Assembly: GCA_030141605.1 (NCBI GenBank)
Contig: JAQGDQ010000614.1
Location: forward strand, 63,821-127,820
From: Tubiluchus corallicola
Taxonomy: Eukaryota; Animalia; Priapulida
Direction: 5' to 3'
Length of the DNA stretch: 64,000 nt
A program made the position numbers and the translations under genes. Numbering within the stretch: position 1 is the first letter of the stretch; each line of letters starts with the position of its first letter. Under the pieces are notes generated by a model. That model worked only from the letters and a program-made list of their open reading frames with translations, had not been told where the DNA came from and made no database searches. Below are positions 47,481 to 61,110 of this stretch, piece by piece.

Positions 47481-49227
47481 ATGGGAACTGCTCAGTAGGA
47501 ACTAGGCGTAGAAAAAACTCCATTTTTAGTGGGAAACAAAAGTTTGTCCAATTAATATTCCAGTATTTACAGATGTCTTTAGTCAAACAGTAAAAATATA
47601 CCAAAACAAATTTTAAGAGAATCTTTACAAGCTAATACATTGGCCGCATTTAAAAAATTAACGTTTGTAACCCTGTCTCTAATGTGTTAGGCATTACACA
47701 GTAACCAACAGACTAATTCAGTCATTTTTTAATAATAGTAATAGGATGCTGTTGATAGTATTGTACTATATATGTGCAGAATCACAGAGATCTACAAGAT
47801 AATTAAGTCTAATAACCAGAGAGCGCATTCCTTGCAAAAGCAAGGAATACATGTAAGACTAATATAGAATTGTATGCGCAGAAGTGATTTTAATGCGTCC
47901 TTGTAACTGTTTGAAAATCTCAAAAGTTAAAACCTCTAAAGTTTTAAAAGAAAAAGACGATGTAGATAGTCGATAGATGTTATGTTTATTTGTTTTTATT
48001 TTATAGAAGATTAGCTTAGAGCACTAACTTTAAAGTACAGTAGTGAAGTACGTATTTAAATAAAAATTAAATCCTAAAATTGCAAAAAAATAGCTTAGTT
48101 TTAACAAGCTTAGTAAAAATTTTGTACCGAGTAGGGCACCGGGACACAATAATTATCATTTAATTAATCTATATTTTATTGGAGATTCAAAAATTTTAGA
48201 TACTTTAATCGTTAAAACATGCAAGCTTGCAATAAATCCCCGGGGACCACAAGACTTTAATTCTATAATAATATCACAGTACAAACACTACCATACTGGC
48301 TTTTGTCTGCTAACATTTCTCGTCTAACTAAAACCCTAAGCGTGTCAGTAATTACCGTATGGACAACGATGGACAGCGGCTGTCACCCTGGAACAGCGAG
48401 GAAAATTAAAACGGTACTTTGTGATTACTCTGTTTATGATTATGACTAATTTGGTCATTCAAGTACATTCATTCAGTCCCATTTAAATACAACTAAAAAT
48501 TTTTTACTTTTTGATTTTCATGTTGTTTTTTATAATGCCGTTTACCTAACAGTGCCATACAAGTTGGTTTTAACAACAATATCACATTGCTGGTCTTTTT
48601 ATGAACACCTAATACTGTCAAATCAGAGTTGCCATATTATGATTAATAATGTAAAGGTAATTCTCCACAAATTGGTTGCCACAGTCGCAGTTTATCTTAA
48701 CAACGGCGTGAATGACAAGACTAGATTGCTATTTAGTTTGGGAAAACATTCATTTTAACTAATTAAATAGCATGAATTGATAACAGATTGTTAACAAAAC
48801 AGGAGAGGCAGCAGTAATTGCAAAAGTGACAATTTAAAAATTCTTTACCTAAGCAATAAACTGTGTAGTATTTGTATTAAATAACATAAAGTGCACTTTA
48901 TATATTCTGGTTAGCATAACATCGAAACTTCGAGCAGAAAAATTTGATGTTTTTGAATTTTGGAAATAAAGTAACGTGGTTCTAAACCTTACAGACTGCT
49001 CTTTCTTCACATTTTTGTTACCAAATTAATTGTATTATAACCGTGCGTGTGTTAAAAGATAAATAAAAGATTATTATTATATTATTATTATTATTATTCC
49101 ATAACACACTATTCTTAAGCTTGAACTCAATAATGATCATAGAGCATCAAAGACAAGATGACGGCGATTCAAATACAAAAAATGAAATGGCTCACATACA
49201 CCCAATGGCATATACGACAAGCGGCTA

Positions 49228-49380
49228 GAGTTTACAATTCCCCACACACATGAAATTATTTCGTGAGCGGATTAGGGTTAGTGTTAGGGTTAGAGTTAGT
49301 TATAGTTAAGGTTATAGTTAGTTAGAGTTAGGATTAGAATTAAGGTTAGGGTTAGTGTTGGTTTTCGGGTTAGTAAACTC
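49228..49380. repeat. Degenerate TTAGGG-like hexamer array flanked by 8-bp inverted repeats (small non-autonomous element)
   Basis: ttagggttagtgttagggttagagttag... at 49272-49373; gagtttac 49228-49235 and gtaaactc 49373-49380. Confidence 0.65.
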
Positions 49381-49517
49381 CTTCCCGACAAGCAAACCAT
49401 TTCAAGATAATTTAGCTTTAGTGATCCTGAGTTTTTAAGGAGTTGGTTAGTATATACTGACATACATGTAGATATGACTATTTACTGTACGAGAAGTTCT
49501 GTAATTCAAGTTGGTGA

Positions 49518-51062
49518 CGGTGTGCAGACATTTCGACACAGATATTTAGAGACAGGACGCTTCGCCACAAAGCTTTTAGACACACAAGCAATTTGAGCAC
49601 AGATTCCTTTGGACACATAGGCACTTTGGGCATAAGATATTTGGTCACATAGGTAATCTGGACACAAGGCTATTTGAATATATATAGGTTATTTAGACAA
49701 ATTATCTGTTTGGACGCATACGTTATTTTACTCAATAACTGGGCACTCAATAAGAGTAGGCACTTAGCCATGCGTAGCTGGTTTTTCGCGGTCCAACGTT
49801 TAAACATTTTGTTTTTAAGCTAAATATTTAACCGTATCAATTCAGTTTTGTGCCAAATTCGCATTCTACTGCATACGTTTCATGACAGAAATAAAGTTTG
49901 CCAGCATGGCTGACAATATTTAATAATTTGGCCAAAAAAACACTGAAACTTGATTCATTGAATCTACATAACCCGTGAAAGACTACAAGAGTCACGATAA
50001 GAGCTGCATGACTTTGATTCGTTAACTCTCACTGGTGTGAAGGCATTCATTCCAGAGATATTGAAATAAGCGGTTCAGCGTATTACGATTGGTTAGTGAT
50101 CGCAGATTGACCAGTTCTCAAAAGGGGAACCATGCATGTTGTTTTTAGGGAAGCTATGCTTCCAGATATCAGCAAGTGGCTACGCAGAGAAGGCCAATTT
50201 TTTTAAAATCTGTGGCAACTGCAATTATGTGCGCTGTTTCTATATTTAATTAGCAGGGAAAAGGTGCAAAAATGCAAAAAGGTCCATTGAATTTTGAAAA
50301 AAACGGTTTAAATTTGCTCATTCCCAGAACGTGGTATAGCTAAACAACCAGTGTTGCTAAATGGTACCATGTTCTGCTTTACTGGATACCTATTCTAAAC
50401 AGTACGTGTCAAAGTTATATACGTGTCTAAGTAACCTACGTACTCAAATCATCTGCTTTAAAATTACGATATATTAGGTTTAATTTATTTATAATCTTAA
50501 TTTAAAAATTACTAATTAATAATCTAATTAAATTTTATCACCAGGCGGGCCGAAATAAAGAGCATATGAAAACGCCCAGATCGAACTTAAATTTGAACTA
50601 CGATCCCTGGCTCATAGGAGAGACATATGTCAAACTGCGTTTCGAAATTACGTATTTTTCGACTTTCAAAATAACTTATGTATGTTCGAATTTCCTACGT
50701 GTCACATTTGTATGTAAAAGACTTGTGTGCCAAAAACTTCCCAAGGTAAATGACTTTGACTAAGTGTCCAAATAAATCATGTGTTCAAATATGATGTGTG
50801 CAAAATACCTAGAGTCCAAATGTCCAAGCTACCTTGTGTCCAAATGTCCTACGTGTTCAAATAACCTTGTGCCCTCTCCATTTGTCCAAAATACCTAGTA
50901 ACTGAATGGCCTATGTTTGGAAATAACTCATATGTCCAAATAACCTATGTGTACAAATTACCTTGTGTCAGAATGAATCATGTGTCCAAATAACATATGT
51001 GTCTAAAATGTTTTTGCCGAAATAGCCCGTGTCTAAAACTTCTGTGCAAAAACCCCTGTAAC
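49518..51062. mobile_element. Foldback-like element with inverted arms made of ~17-18-bp tandem units
   Basis: Left-arm units tttggacacataggt-like (49528-49770); right-arm units acctatgtgtccaaat-like (about 50400-50460 and 50650-51060) in the opposite orientation. Confidence 0.7.
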
Positions 51063-54000
51063 TTGGTAGCCAATGATTTTAATTAAGCGATATCGACCTC
51101 GCTGGAAAACAGTTTTTACTGTCCTTTTCATTAATGTCAATTTTACTCACCTGGCAAGTCAGATTTTGAGCTTTCACCTTCCAATTTCTTCTATTTTTCT
51201 AGAAATTAAGTACAATTAGGATGGTATAGCTAGAAAAATAAACGGATTTAGAATGTACTCGAAACATTTCAACAATGAACTGTATATTTTAGCCCCTATC
51301 AAAACAATAATTCATTATAGGAAAATAATTAGCTGTGGCACCCTTAAGCCCGCATATCTGTTTGCGCATGCGTTGAGTTGATCGGCATCTCCGTGTAACT
51401 AGGCGTCTAATTCCGCTGCATCAGGGAAGCTGACTTGATCAATGATTCCAGCTCGGGAAAGATGATGCCACCCTGAATTCTTGATTAGCCGGCAAATTGA
51501 GCCCGCGTGATGAGTGTCACCGTGAAGTTCTTGTACAGTTTGCAGTTGGAGAACAACAAGAAAGTATTGAACAAGTCTTCAAACTGAAGGAAACACTGGG
51601 TAGGTGGTTTAGTGCTAGTTTTACTACTAACAGACCTGATTCTCTTACTTTTAGAACAATTTGTGCATATATTACAAGATTTACAATCATAAAAATATTG
51701 CTAAAGTGAATAAATGTTTGTAAAAGTAAAACCTTTCTGAAAAGATTTACTGTTTTTTTAAGTTTAAAAGGATTTGCATGCTTTTACCATATGGTATAAG
51801 ACTCTGCAAAATAGCAAATCCACTACTCGTACGTTAACTACAATGCGCGAATACATAATTCACTACAACTAACTAAAGGTAATGTCAAAGGTGACCAATT
51901 AGTGCCCAACATCACCGCTATCATAGATGAGAAGGGACTCGACTCATGCATTTGCTGTAAAGATGTCCGTATGATATTACGCAAAAAGTGTGATGTCATT
52001 ATTGGGTAAGAATGGGTTACGGTGTCATTATGACTGCAGTGATTTATTCTTTCATTTAGTACTCGTTGAAGTTTTTGTTATAACTTGGTAATTATTGTTG
52101 TTTTCAAAGTTTCCTCTTCCTTAGTTTGAGTTTTCACAATAAGTAGGCTACCAATAGGAGGTTCTGTGGTTTTCGCGTTTTTCCAAATTACACGCGTATA
52201 AACTTGCGTGTAGTTAGTAGACGCTTCTCCTTTATCTTCGCTTTCATTGTTTGTTCTGTCTTTTTAACGTGTCTTTCTAACACGTTTTGCGGAAAATTCT
52301 TTCTCTGGCGTGAGAACGGAAAACATGGGCGTGTGTTCAGCACATAGTCACGGCTTACTAACCGCACACGATACAGTGTTTGCAGTTAATTTCTACCGTA
52401 AACAGTCCAAGCGTCGATACACATTCTAACGAAACTAACACCTAAACATTTTTGTGACTACTGTTGAGTCTACAGCTTCTTTTAATCGCACAAATAAAGC
52501 AAGAGAGCCGCACACTGTTTTAGGCACTGGGAATTTATCTATTGATAATTATTCACGTCAAAACAAGGCTTCCTGAATGTATATTATGAATTCTGCACTT
52601 CTTCACTTGCATGCCCCTTACTTGCGCGTGGCTCAATTCACCCAAGCTCGTTTGGCTTCCCCGTGTTTTATGTACGCCTCCTGGAGTTAGAAGAATGAAA
52701 GCACTTCTCTTGCAGCTTAGAATGCTGAATGATTTAAGACACTTGAGGTTTTTCGCGGGTCCATGAATGATGTATGCTAATAAACTGTAACTTTATAACA
52801 GCTGCTGAGCACTTGCATTTTCCCATGCTTCTTTTGATTCGAATCAGAAAACGCTTATAGATCCTGATAACTCAGGATTTCAAGGTTACAAAGGTATGGT
52901 CTATAAGGTTTAGATGATGTAAAAACCCCGACTGTCCAGTTTCTTTGAAAAAAACACAGGTGATTTACACGGAGAATACAAAATCCATATAGTGTTCTGG
53001 ACAATTTTCCGTTTTTGATGGCTCTATAATAAAAGGCGCAATTCACGATAGGGAAAATGGTAAAATTATTCGTACGGAAATCCGCTTAGACTGCCTCTTG
53101 AACGATTTTTTCAGCAATTGCCCACGGATTTTTTTCTAACTAATCGTTCCGCTCGCTCGCTTTTGTTCCGTAGGCGTTATTTTACTGACCATAAATTTTT
53201 GTGAAAACCGTATTCTGTGTAAACGATCTATCCAAACGGAAAATCGTGTGGAAAATCGTATGAGTCGTAGTCAGTGAGACGCTTTCCGCAATATGTCTCT
53301 GGGTGTAAAAATGTGTCTAAAAATAATTATGAAAAGATGAGAGCTTCCACAAGGAAATACTCGACGTCCTGTGCTATCTTTAGCGTTATTTTTCTGTAAA
53401 GTACGTAGTACAAAACTAGTCAGCGTCTATTTTGTTTTATGGATATTCATAACAGAAAAGCTATGTAGCGCACACAGTCATTTGTGTTAAATAAAAAATG
53501 ACAAAATTAAAAATACCTAAAAGCTGGAAATAGAAAGTCAACTCCTGCGCCTCGTAGATTTTTTTAATGTTTTTTCTTAGCATTTAACGTAAATTTTCTT
53601 GTTTGAGATCATAACTTTGATGGTGCCTTTTTATTATTGCATGGCTTTTTTTATTTATGTAGTATAAGTTACTGGTCCGAATGATGCTCAATTCGAAAAT
53701 TGTAATGCACTTGTCAAAATAAACTCGCCAGATTGTAAAGGCAAAGCACATGTTCCGCACGTGTTCAAAAACATTTTTCAGCTCACCGGAAACAGATTTT
53801 ATTTAGAATCGCAAACGTCTGTTTTTATGGATTGCAGACTCTTTTGTCAGACATAAAACTTGAAACGGGAAAGAAAGACTTGCTTGACATACACAAAATA
53901 ATGTAATAATAAAGATAAACGAAAAATAAAAGAGCAAGATAATGTTTTCTATAAGCTATAAGGAATATAGAGATTTTTTTCATGATTGGAATCCTGGCAC

Positions 54001-57000
54001 ATATAAGCCAGCTCATTGATCATTTTGCCTTATGCCAACGCCTTAATGAGACGGCTATGCCATTCAACAAAGGATGATTAAATTGCACTAATAATTTCTG
54101 TTTAGTGCTTACATAATATTACTAAATATACTTTAGGGAGTACGTACCTTACCAGTGTTGGCAGACAGTTCTATTTTATTCATTAAGCGTGCTAACTAAC
54201 TGAATTTAAGAATATAATTATAAAAATAATTAGATTTTTTTAATTTCTCCCATTAAAATAAATTTTATTCATTTATTTATTCTTTCATTCTTTTTCACAT
54301 TCAATCATTCCTCTTTTGTACGGTAATTTACTCATTCACTCATTTGATCGAATTAAGTGCCAAAATGAACGAACAAATAAATAAATGCAAAAAGAATGAA
54401 AGAATAGTGAAAGGAAGAGGGAACACTGTAAGAAGAGAAAGAGGAAGAGAGAAGAAGAAAGAAAAGGAGAAAAACGAAAAAACAAAGAAAGAAAGAAAGC
54501 CACAGCAGTACCAGAATGAATCTCAGAGACTGCTAAGTTACAGTACGGATATAAAGGTGGTCTGTGAGTTCATCTGAGTCAAAGAAAAAAGCTGCAATAC
54601 AAGAAAGCAAGGTAATTCACTTTTCAAGTAGTCACAAACAAATGTCGTTCAGTCTACTTTCGTACGTTCATTCCTAGTCTTCGTAAGTTCATATAGGACA
54701 CGTAGGCAGTTACACGGTATGTGTATGAAGTGAACATTTGTATGAATGAAATCACTTACCCGTAGAAAAGAATAACAGCAACTGCTATTCAACATTATAC
54801 ATGCATAGCTAGATTTATTAATTTATTTTAGCTTTGCTGGTATTTGCCTAATCCACTTACAGCCATATGGACACCATTGCTGAAGTACCAGTAATACTTG
54901 ACTTCGTAACTGTAACTTGTATGGCTTGCTTGTGCATGGATGTTTGGATTATGTTACTAGGCAGCATAAAGAAGGGTAATTAACAAAGGAAACTGGGTCC
55001 CCTCACTTTAAAATAACCTGTCATTTTTGGTATAAGTGTTCTTTTGATTACCTTTCCCTCTAATCTTTATATCCTTTCGAACTAGGTTAGGTCATGTTGA
55101 CATTGTATATAGGGGTGCTTTCAATCAACTTTCAGCTTCCATCTGGATTTAAATTTTGCATAAACTTTGAACTAGATTAACGATCTAATAACTTTCCCGA
55201 GAGGTAAGAAATATCTGTCTCTTTCCGTTGCCGTTAATGGCTTCACATATATTTGATGTGATTAATACTCCTCTGCCATACAGACCAGCTTCCCCCGGGG
55301 CGTACCAGAGTGGCTTCATAAAGCCAAAGCACAGTAACAGCGAAACCGTGTCAGTATTTTTCTTCTGGCGTTCTGGATATGTTGCCTGCTTAGCAAACAG
55401 CAAGCAGGGCGATTAGTAGGGAGAGATTCCAATCTAAGTCTGCTAGCAGCTCATGGCGGTTTCCTAATCTATCTGGATAAGTTAAAATAACTTGTACGGA
55501 CTACCAAGACTTAAGTCATCAGGGTTAGTTGATGTGTACAAACTATACATGGAATGCTTTTGGTTGTGCAGGCCGATAGGTGAAAACAAGTAGTTACTTA
55601 CTAATAGCCAGATTAGGCTTTTGTAGGTTAATTACCAAGGCACAAAGTGAACTGTATGTACAACCAAACAGATAAAGACAAAATCATTTACCATCGATTG
55701 TTTTACAATGAATTTTTTCGTTAGTATTACTGTAACACAATAGCTACTTAGCGCCTTAATTACCTGACATTTATAGCAATATGTGAAGACACAAGAAACA
55801 TATACGGTATTGGTCTGCGTCCTGGCATTGCCAACCACTCAGCTAAACAAAAAACTGTGGTCACGTACTGCATGTATGTTACCTTCAAGAACGGTGGAAC
55901 TCTGGAGGAGTTATGTTAGAACACCTAAAATGACACCAGGTATAGGAAATTGCTTTTTTGTGCAATATTCTTTTTAAAATCAGTTAATGCAAATGCAAAA
56001 AATGCCTGCAAGCTCACACATTGATATTCATCGAGCATGAAATTGATAACTAATGCGTGCATATACGATTTACTGCAACAGTAGCAAACTTCAATACAGT
56101 ATTTGCTTATTCAAATATAAGAGATGATTGATAAGGGTCATCGCCCGGATGCGATGGGCCATCGCCCACACTTCCCCTCCCAATAAACTGTTAATTATGA
56201 ATATCGCATTAGTAACATATTGTCGCGCTATAAATGAAAGCAATTAGTACGTTCGAGACAAGTTTCATAATATTAGCAGTTATAGTAAACAATGTATTCC
56301 TACATCGATTGAGCAAATAATGCAGTCATAACGTAGTAAATATTTGATAAGATTCGGATGACAAGAAAAGTAACAGTTTCTCTTTAATGAGTGTAATTAT
56401 GGATAGATGGTACCAGATGTAGCTGCTTCAGTTTGGTGTGGGTTATGGAGCATTCACACATGCCAACAGCGTATTGGAAAACTATTTTGTTATGCATTGA
56501 ATCTTTGTGCAAAGATAGTGATTATTGCACTGAAAAGCCGTAGCTGGTTAGCTACTACTGCACGGAAGGCGGACTATCGCGAGGATTTTGTTTGGTGTGG
56601 CTTTGTAAGGCAGCTATTTTAAAATAAATTTCTGATAAGCGATATGTCCTCAATAGGTTTGCTTTCACGATGCAGTGCCCGGTGTCAGCACCACGATGCG
56701 ATTTGAGACCTAATAATTGATTATCTGTTACATAGAGTTTTTATATAGAGTGGGCAGTCCAACAGGTTTTACTCTTTGCCTAAGAGGATTTTCTACCGAA
56801 ATGTTGTGTCCTAATACGTGATCTGTATGTAATACGTACATGCTGCCGGTTTCATGGATTGTATTATTTTTCATCTCGATGACTAGAAAATCCAGGTCCT
56901 AGTACAAGTTGCAGGGTAAATGGGCTGCTAGCCAGTAGAATACGCCTGATTATTGTTTTTAACTTGAACCGAAGGAGACCAAATAAATTTTCAGGAGTCA

Positions 57001-57920
57001 CTTGTCCAACTGTTTTAAATTCAGCAAATGGTTTGGTTGTTTTCCATCTTTCCTTCCTAGGTCATAAGACTACTACCAATATTGTGAACATTTATACGTC
57101 AAAATTACGCTTTTATGATAATGATGATACCGTTGATGATGATGTTGATTGTGATAATGATAATGAAAATAAATGCAATTATGTATAAAGACCATTGTCT
57201 TTATAGACTATGAATGTATAACTCTATGTACAACTACATGTGTGTGTGTGTAAAAAACTGGCGAAAATCAGCACCAGCAAAGCTGGCAGTAACGTACAAA
57301 ACATTGGCCATGAATCATGTGGAAGACGCCATAACTTTGTTGTCCGTAGCGATAACAACAAAAGCGATAACAATAAAAGTGAATCGAACTGCAAAGCGCA
57401 GTTGTAACAGCAAAAACTAATTACAGACCTAGTTTGACTTTGGCTAAGCTTTAGTAGCCGTTCTAGAATGCGTCTGAGAAGAAAAGAAAATATGCTCATT
57501 GAGAAAAAAGCAGGAGGAGGTTTGATGGTGACATCGTAATTAGTTGCTGGTGAAATGAATGGACAGCCATTCCATATACCGACGAAGAATGGGACCTAGG
57601 CGCCAACTGAGCGCTTTCATGTAAGATTCAATTATCGAGCTTGATAGAGAAAGTGTGGGTTTAAGCTCAAAAATGAAGCTATATATAATAAATAATGCAC
57701 TTTGTTGATACTCGCTCAACAGAATAGAAGTGTAGCGTGCACCATAATTCCAGATTAATAAGAGAAGAAAAGCTATATAAAAATTTTTGTGTAGAGAGCT
57801 TGTTTTAACAAGTAATAAATTCAATGTAAATTTGTTTAGAAATTTATTTGTTGAAAAGAGACTATTTCTGGTTATTGAAATTTACTGTCTTTACATGTGT
57901 AATTATGCCATCGTCTTCTC

Positions 57921-57921
<1 letters not shown>

Positions 57922-57975
<54 letters not shown>
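57922..57975. repeat. (TCA)n microsatellite
   Basis: Direct reading. Confidence 0.97.
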
Positions 57976-60689
57976 GCGTCAACATATTGGCATTTTGATG
58001 AAACTAAAGTTATAAAGATATAAAAAAGTACCAAGTTAAAAGTGACATTTATTAGCTGACATTACGATTCTGCTAGTTAGCATGTATTTTGTATTAAAAT
58101 TAGGCCGAGTTAATTAATTGGCTTTATTTCTTTTGCAGCACTATGTTAGGGTTGCACGACATTAGCATTTTCTCCACTTATTTTTCCAACACGGCTACGC
58201 AATGAGAAACCGTGGTTCAATAACGTAGTAATAAATGCAAGCTGTAAAATTTTAAAACGCTTTTAACCAGAAGCTCGTACAAAGCTAATGTCCACTACAG
58301 CTTAATTTCTCAGTAGTTACAACTTTATATTGTAATTAAGAATCTGCATTGATTATGAAGTTCAAAGTCCGTTCAATGTACTGCTAGATCAGAATTCACT
58401 AGTCGTGAAATCACAAGATCTTGGAGAGTAAAAGTGTGAAAATACAAAATAACAATGAAAGTACAACATGACAGTATTTAATTTCGCTTTTAATTGTATT
58501 TTCCGGGAGAATTTGTTTAGTTCTGAGACTAAGATCCGTTATGTCACAAACAGTTAAGTAGTTGGTTTGGTCACCCAGTTAGAAAAACTTCCAGAAGTTT
58601 TTGGTGCAACATTAAAAAAAATGAAAAAAATGAAGCCACCACGAAAGAATTAGAGTGTAAGCGGTTTAAAGCCGGAACGTAGCTACGTGTAGTATAATTT
58701 CTATTTCTAGACTCAAAACTATTTCTCTATTTTAAAAGAGCTCAAGTTCGATATTTCTTCTAAGTTGTACATTAAATTATTAATAAACATCTGATTTGGA
58801 GTGAATATGAACTTTGCAGAAACGTGTATGGTCAGTAAAACTAAACGATGTGCTTTTAATCTGGAAAATTATTACAAAATGAAAAAGAGATTTTGCCACA
58901 GCGTAGATGTTTTCATCACTCAAATTCTACAAGAACAAATACGGGATATGAGTCGGACTGCACATTGGTGCTTGGAAACTCAGCACCCTTTACAATGGTG
59001 TTCACGACCTCAGACCCGCAACCGTGGCACCCGTCACTTCGGCACCCGCTACATAGAGTTTACCGCACAGCAGTCCTGCTCTTTGTTTTTCAATGATTCA
59101 TATACGCCTTCATTACAAGAGGCGTTATTTTGCTTTCTGGCAGGCGTCAGTTTCGAAAACAAACTGCAAAAATCCTCCATTTTTCCCCTTGCAAACAGAC
59201 AAATAAATATTCATGATGCCAGTGATAGAGAAGATAAACATACAGTGTCCAAAATGCTTTAGGGATTCATCGATCAAACTACCATCATGTCATGTGAGAC
59301 CCTCAGCATGGGATAGTAAGCATTAAACACGACCCTTAATTAAGCTTTGTATTGCCCCACATTGAAGTCTTTTCAAGTGATCTCATCAGACAGAAGTTAT
59401 CTGGGGAATACCCAGTGAGATGAGTGATTTTCAATTGAGCACAATTCTAGAATTGTACCGAATAAAAAGAAGATGTCATCAGTTGCTGATGAGTCTGACT
59501 TCTGATAAACTGAAGTGGTCAAAAATAATGCGTTAAATCAAGCAAAAGTGACTTCATGTCTTTCACTAAACTCGGCTCCAAAAGTTTAGCTAAAACGCTA
59601 AAAAAAAGGAAGATTACTATCATGTGACGATGAGAGTGCTAAATGCATTTGAGGCGTTTCGTAAGTAAAATTGAAAGCGAGCGGTACGCGTTTTTCATTA
59701 TAGTGAAAACTGTTATGAAACCAAAAAGAAATATTGCGAAAGTGTAAACGTTTTCACCATTCAAAGTTAAAACTTTATTCGAATTAGTTTACCACAATCC
59801 TTGCAGATCTATAATATTATAGAAAAACGTCCACGTGCGACTCTACACTATGGGTTATTAATATGCACTTAATTTTTTTGTTTGTCATTTTATGTCAGAT
59901 AGTACAAATGAAAGTTTCTCCGCCGTTAACTTTATTAAATCTTTTTAACAAAGTAAAAAAAAACATAATTATCTTTACAACTGGTAACGTAAAATTTTTA
60001 TTACGCTAGTGGTTTTTGGTATACCACTGAAATACTATGTTATTAAATTGTTTAATCACGACCTCATTTTAATAAAGCACCGTCTTTCTGTTTTTTTTCT
60101 GCTGTCCCTTTCTAATTAAATGCGATATGACTTAATAGGTTTTTAAGGTCGCTCTTTATAATTTAATGTTATTAATAACGAAAGATCAAACAATCGCGCA
60201 GCGCATTTCCTGACACAAGCAATCGAGCAGTAAGTGAAATATCGCATTTGCCAAGTCATTATAGCTTGCTGGCTTCACAGTCGAGTCAAAAGCGCAAACA
60301 TTAAAGCGGCGCTTATCTAGGAAATATTTCAACTAATTAAATTTAATGGAATTGCGTTGTTTCTAACACAGACATTCGTCTTTAACGTGAATCATTTTCT
60401 TATCTTTATTGCGAAAAGCTATTTGAGCTCATAGTCGCTGTGATGAAAATTTATAAAACGGTAGGAATAAAAATGGCGGCAATATTTTCCACATATCTCC
60501 TCGCAACTTTGACGAAAACTGGTCAAGATACTGATCTTCTGGCTGCCTATAAAATTCAAGTAACTTGATGACAAGTTTCGGAGAAGAAAATGACATATCG
60601 CTTATCAAGTATTTTCTTGACATCTTTGAGTTTTGTTTTTCTACAGTTACATCCCAACAATCGAACATTTTCAGGTTGCATAACATACA

Positions 60690-60773
<84 letters not shown>

Positions 60774-61110
60774 CTCTTTCTTTCTTTCCATCTATCTCTT
60801 CCTCCCTTCTTGTTCTTTCTCATTTTCTCACATATTCTCTTACTGTTCCTCTCTCTCCCCTTCTCTCTCTGTCTCTCTATCTGCCTGTTTGACTGCACGT
60901 CTGTCTGTCACTCCGTGTGGTCTGTCCATTCGTTCGTCCGACAGTCAGTCTGTTCTTCCATCGTCTACACTCCCCCCCTCCAACTACTACAAGCCATCCA
61001 CCCACCCACCCATCCATCCATCCATCCATCCATCCATCCATTTATCCACCCCGCCCATCCATCTATCGATCTATCCGTCCATCTATCTATGTACATGTCT
61101 GTCTGTCTGC
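60690..61110. repeat. (TC)n microsatellite followed by pyrimidine-rich and (CCAT)n tracts
   Basis: Direct reading; explains the ER/SL/PSIH ORFs. Confidence 0.95.

Noticed and set aside
49520-51060. Regularly spaced short repeats suggestive of a CRISPR array
   Set aside because: Units are tandem, degenerate, lack unique spacers and occur in inverted arms; eukaryotic context with no cas genes.
52855-53046. ORF with faint PH-like pattern (FCILRVNHLCFF...YLCNLEI) as the missing STAP PH domain
   Set aside because: Runs into a stop with no suitable donor after the motif; similarity too weak without a profile search.
58801-59262. 153-aa plus-strand ORF
   Set aside because: GTG start, no recognisable domain or convincing splice context. 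The minus strand weakly resembles a decayed LINE endonuclease end (FPSTNVQSDSYPV), too weak to call.
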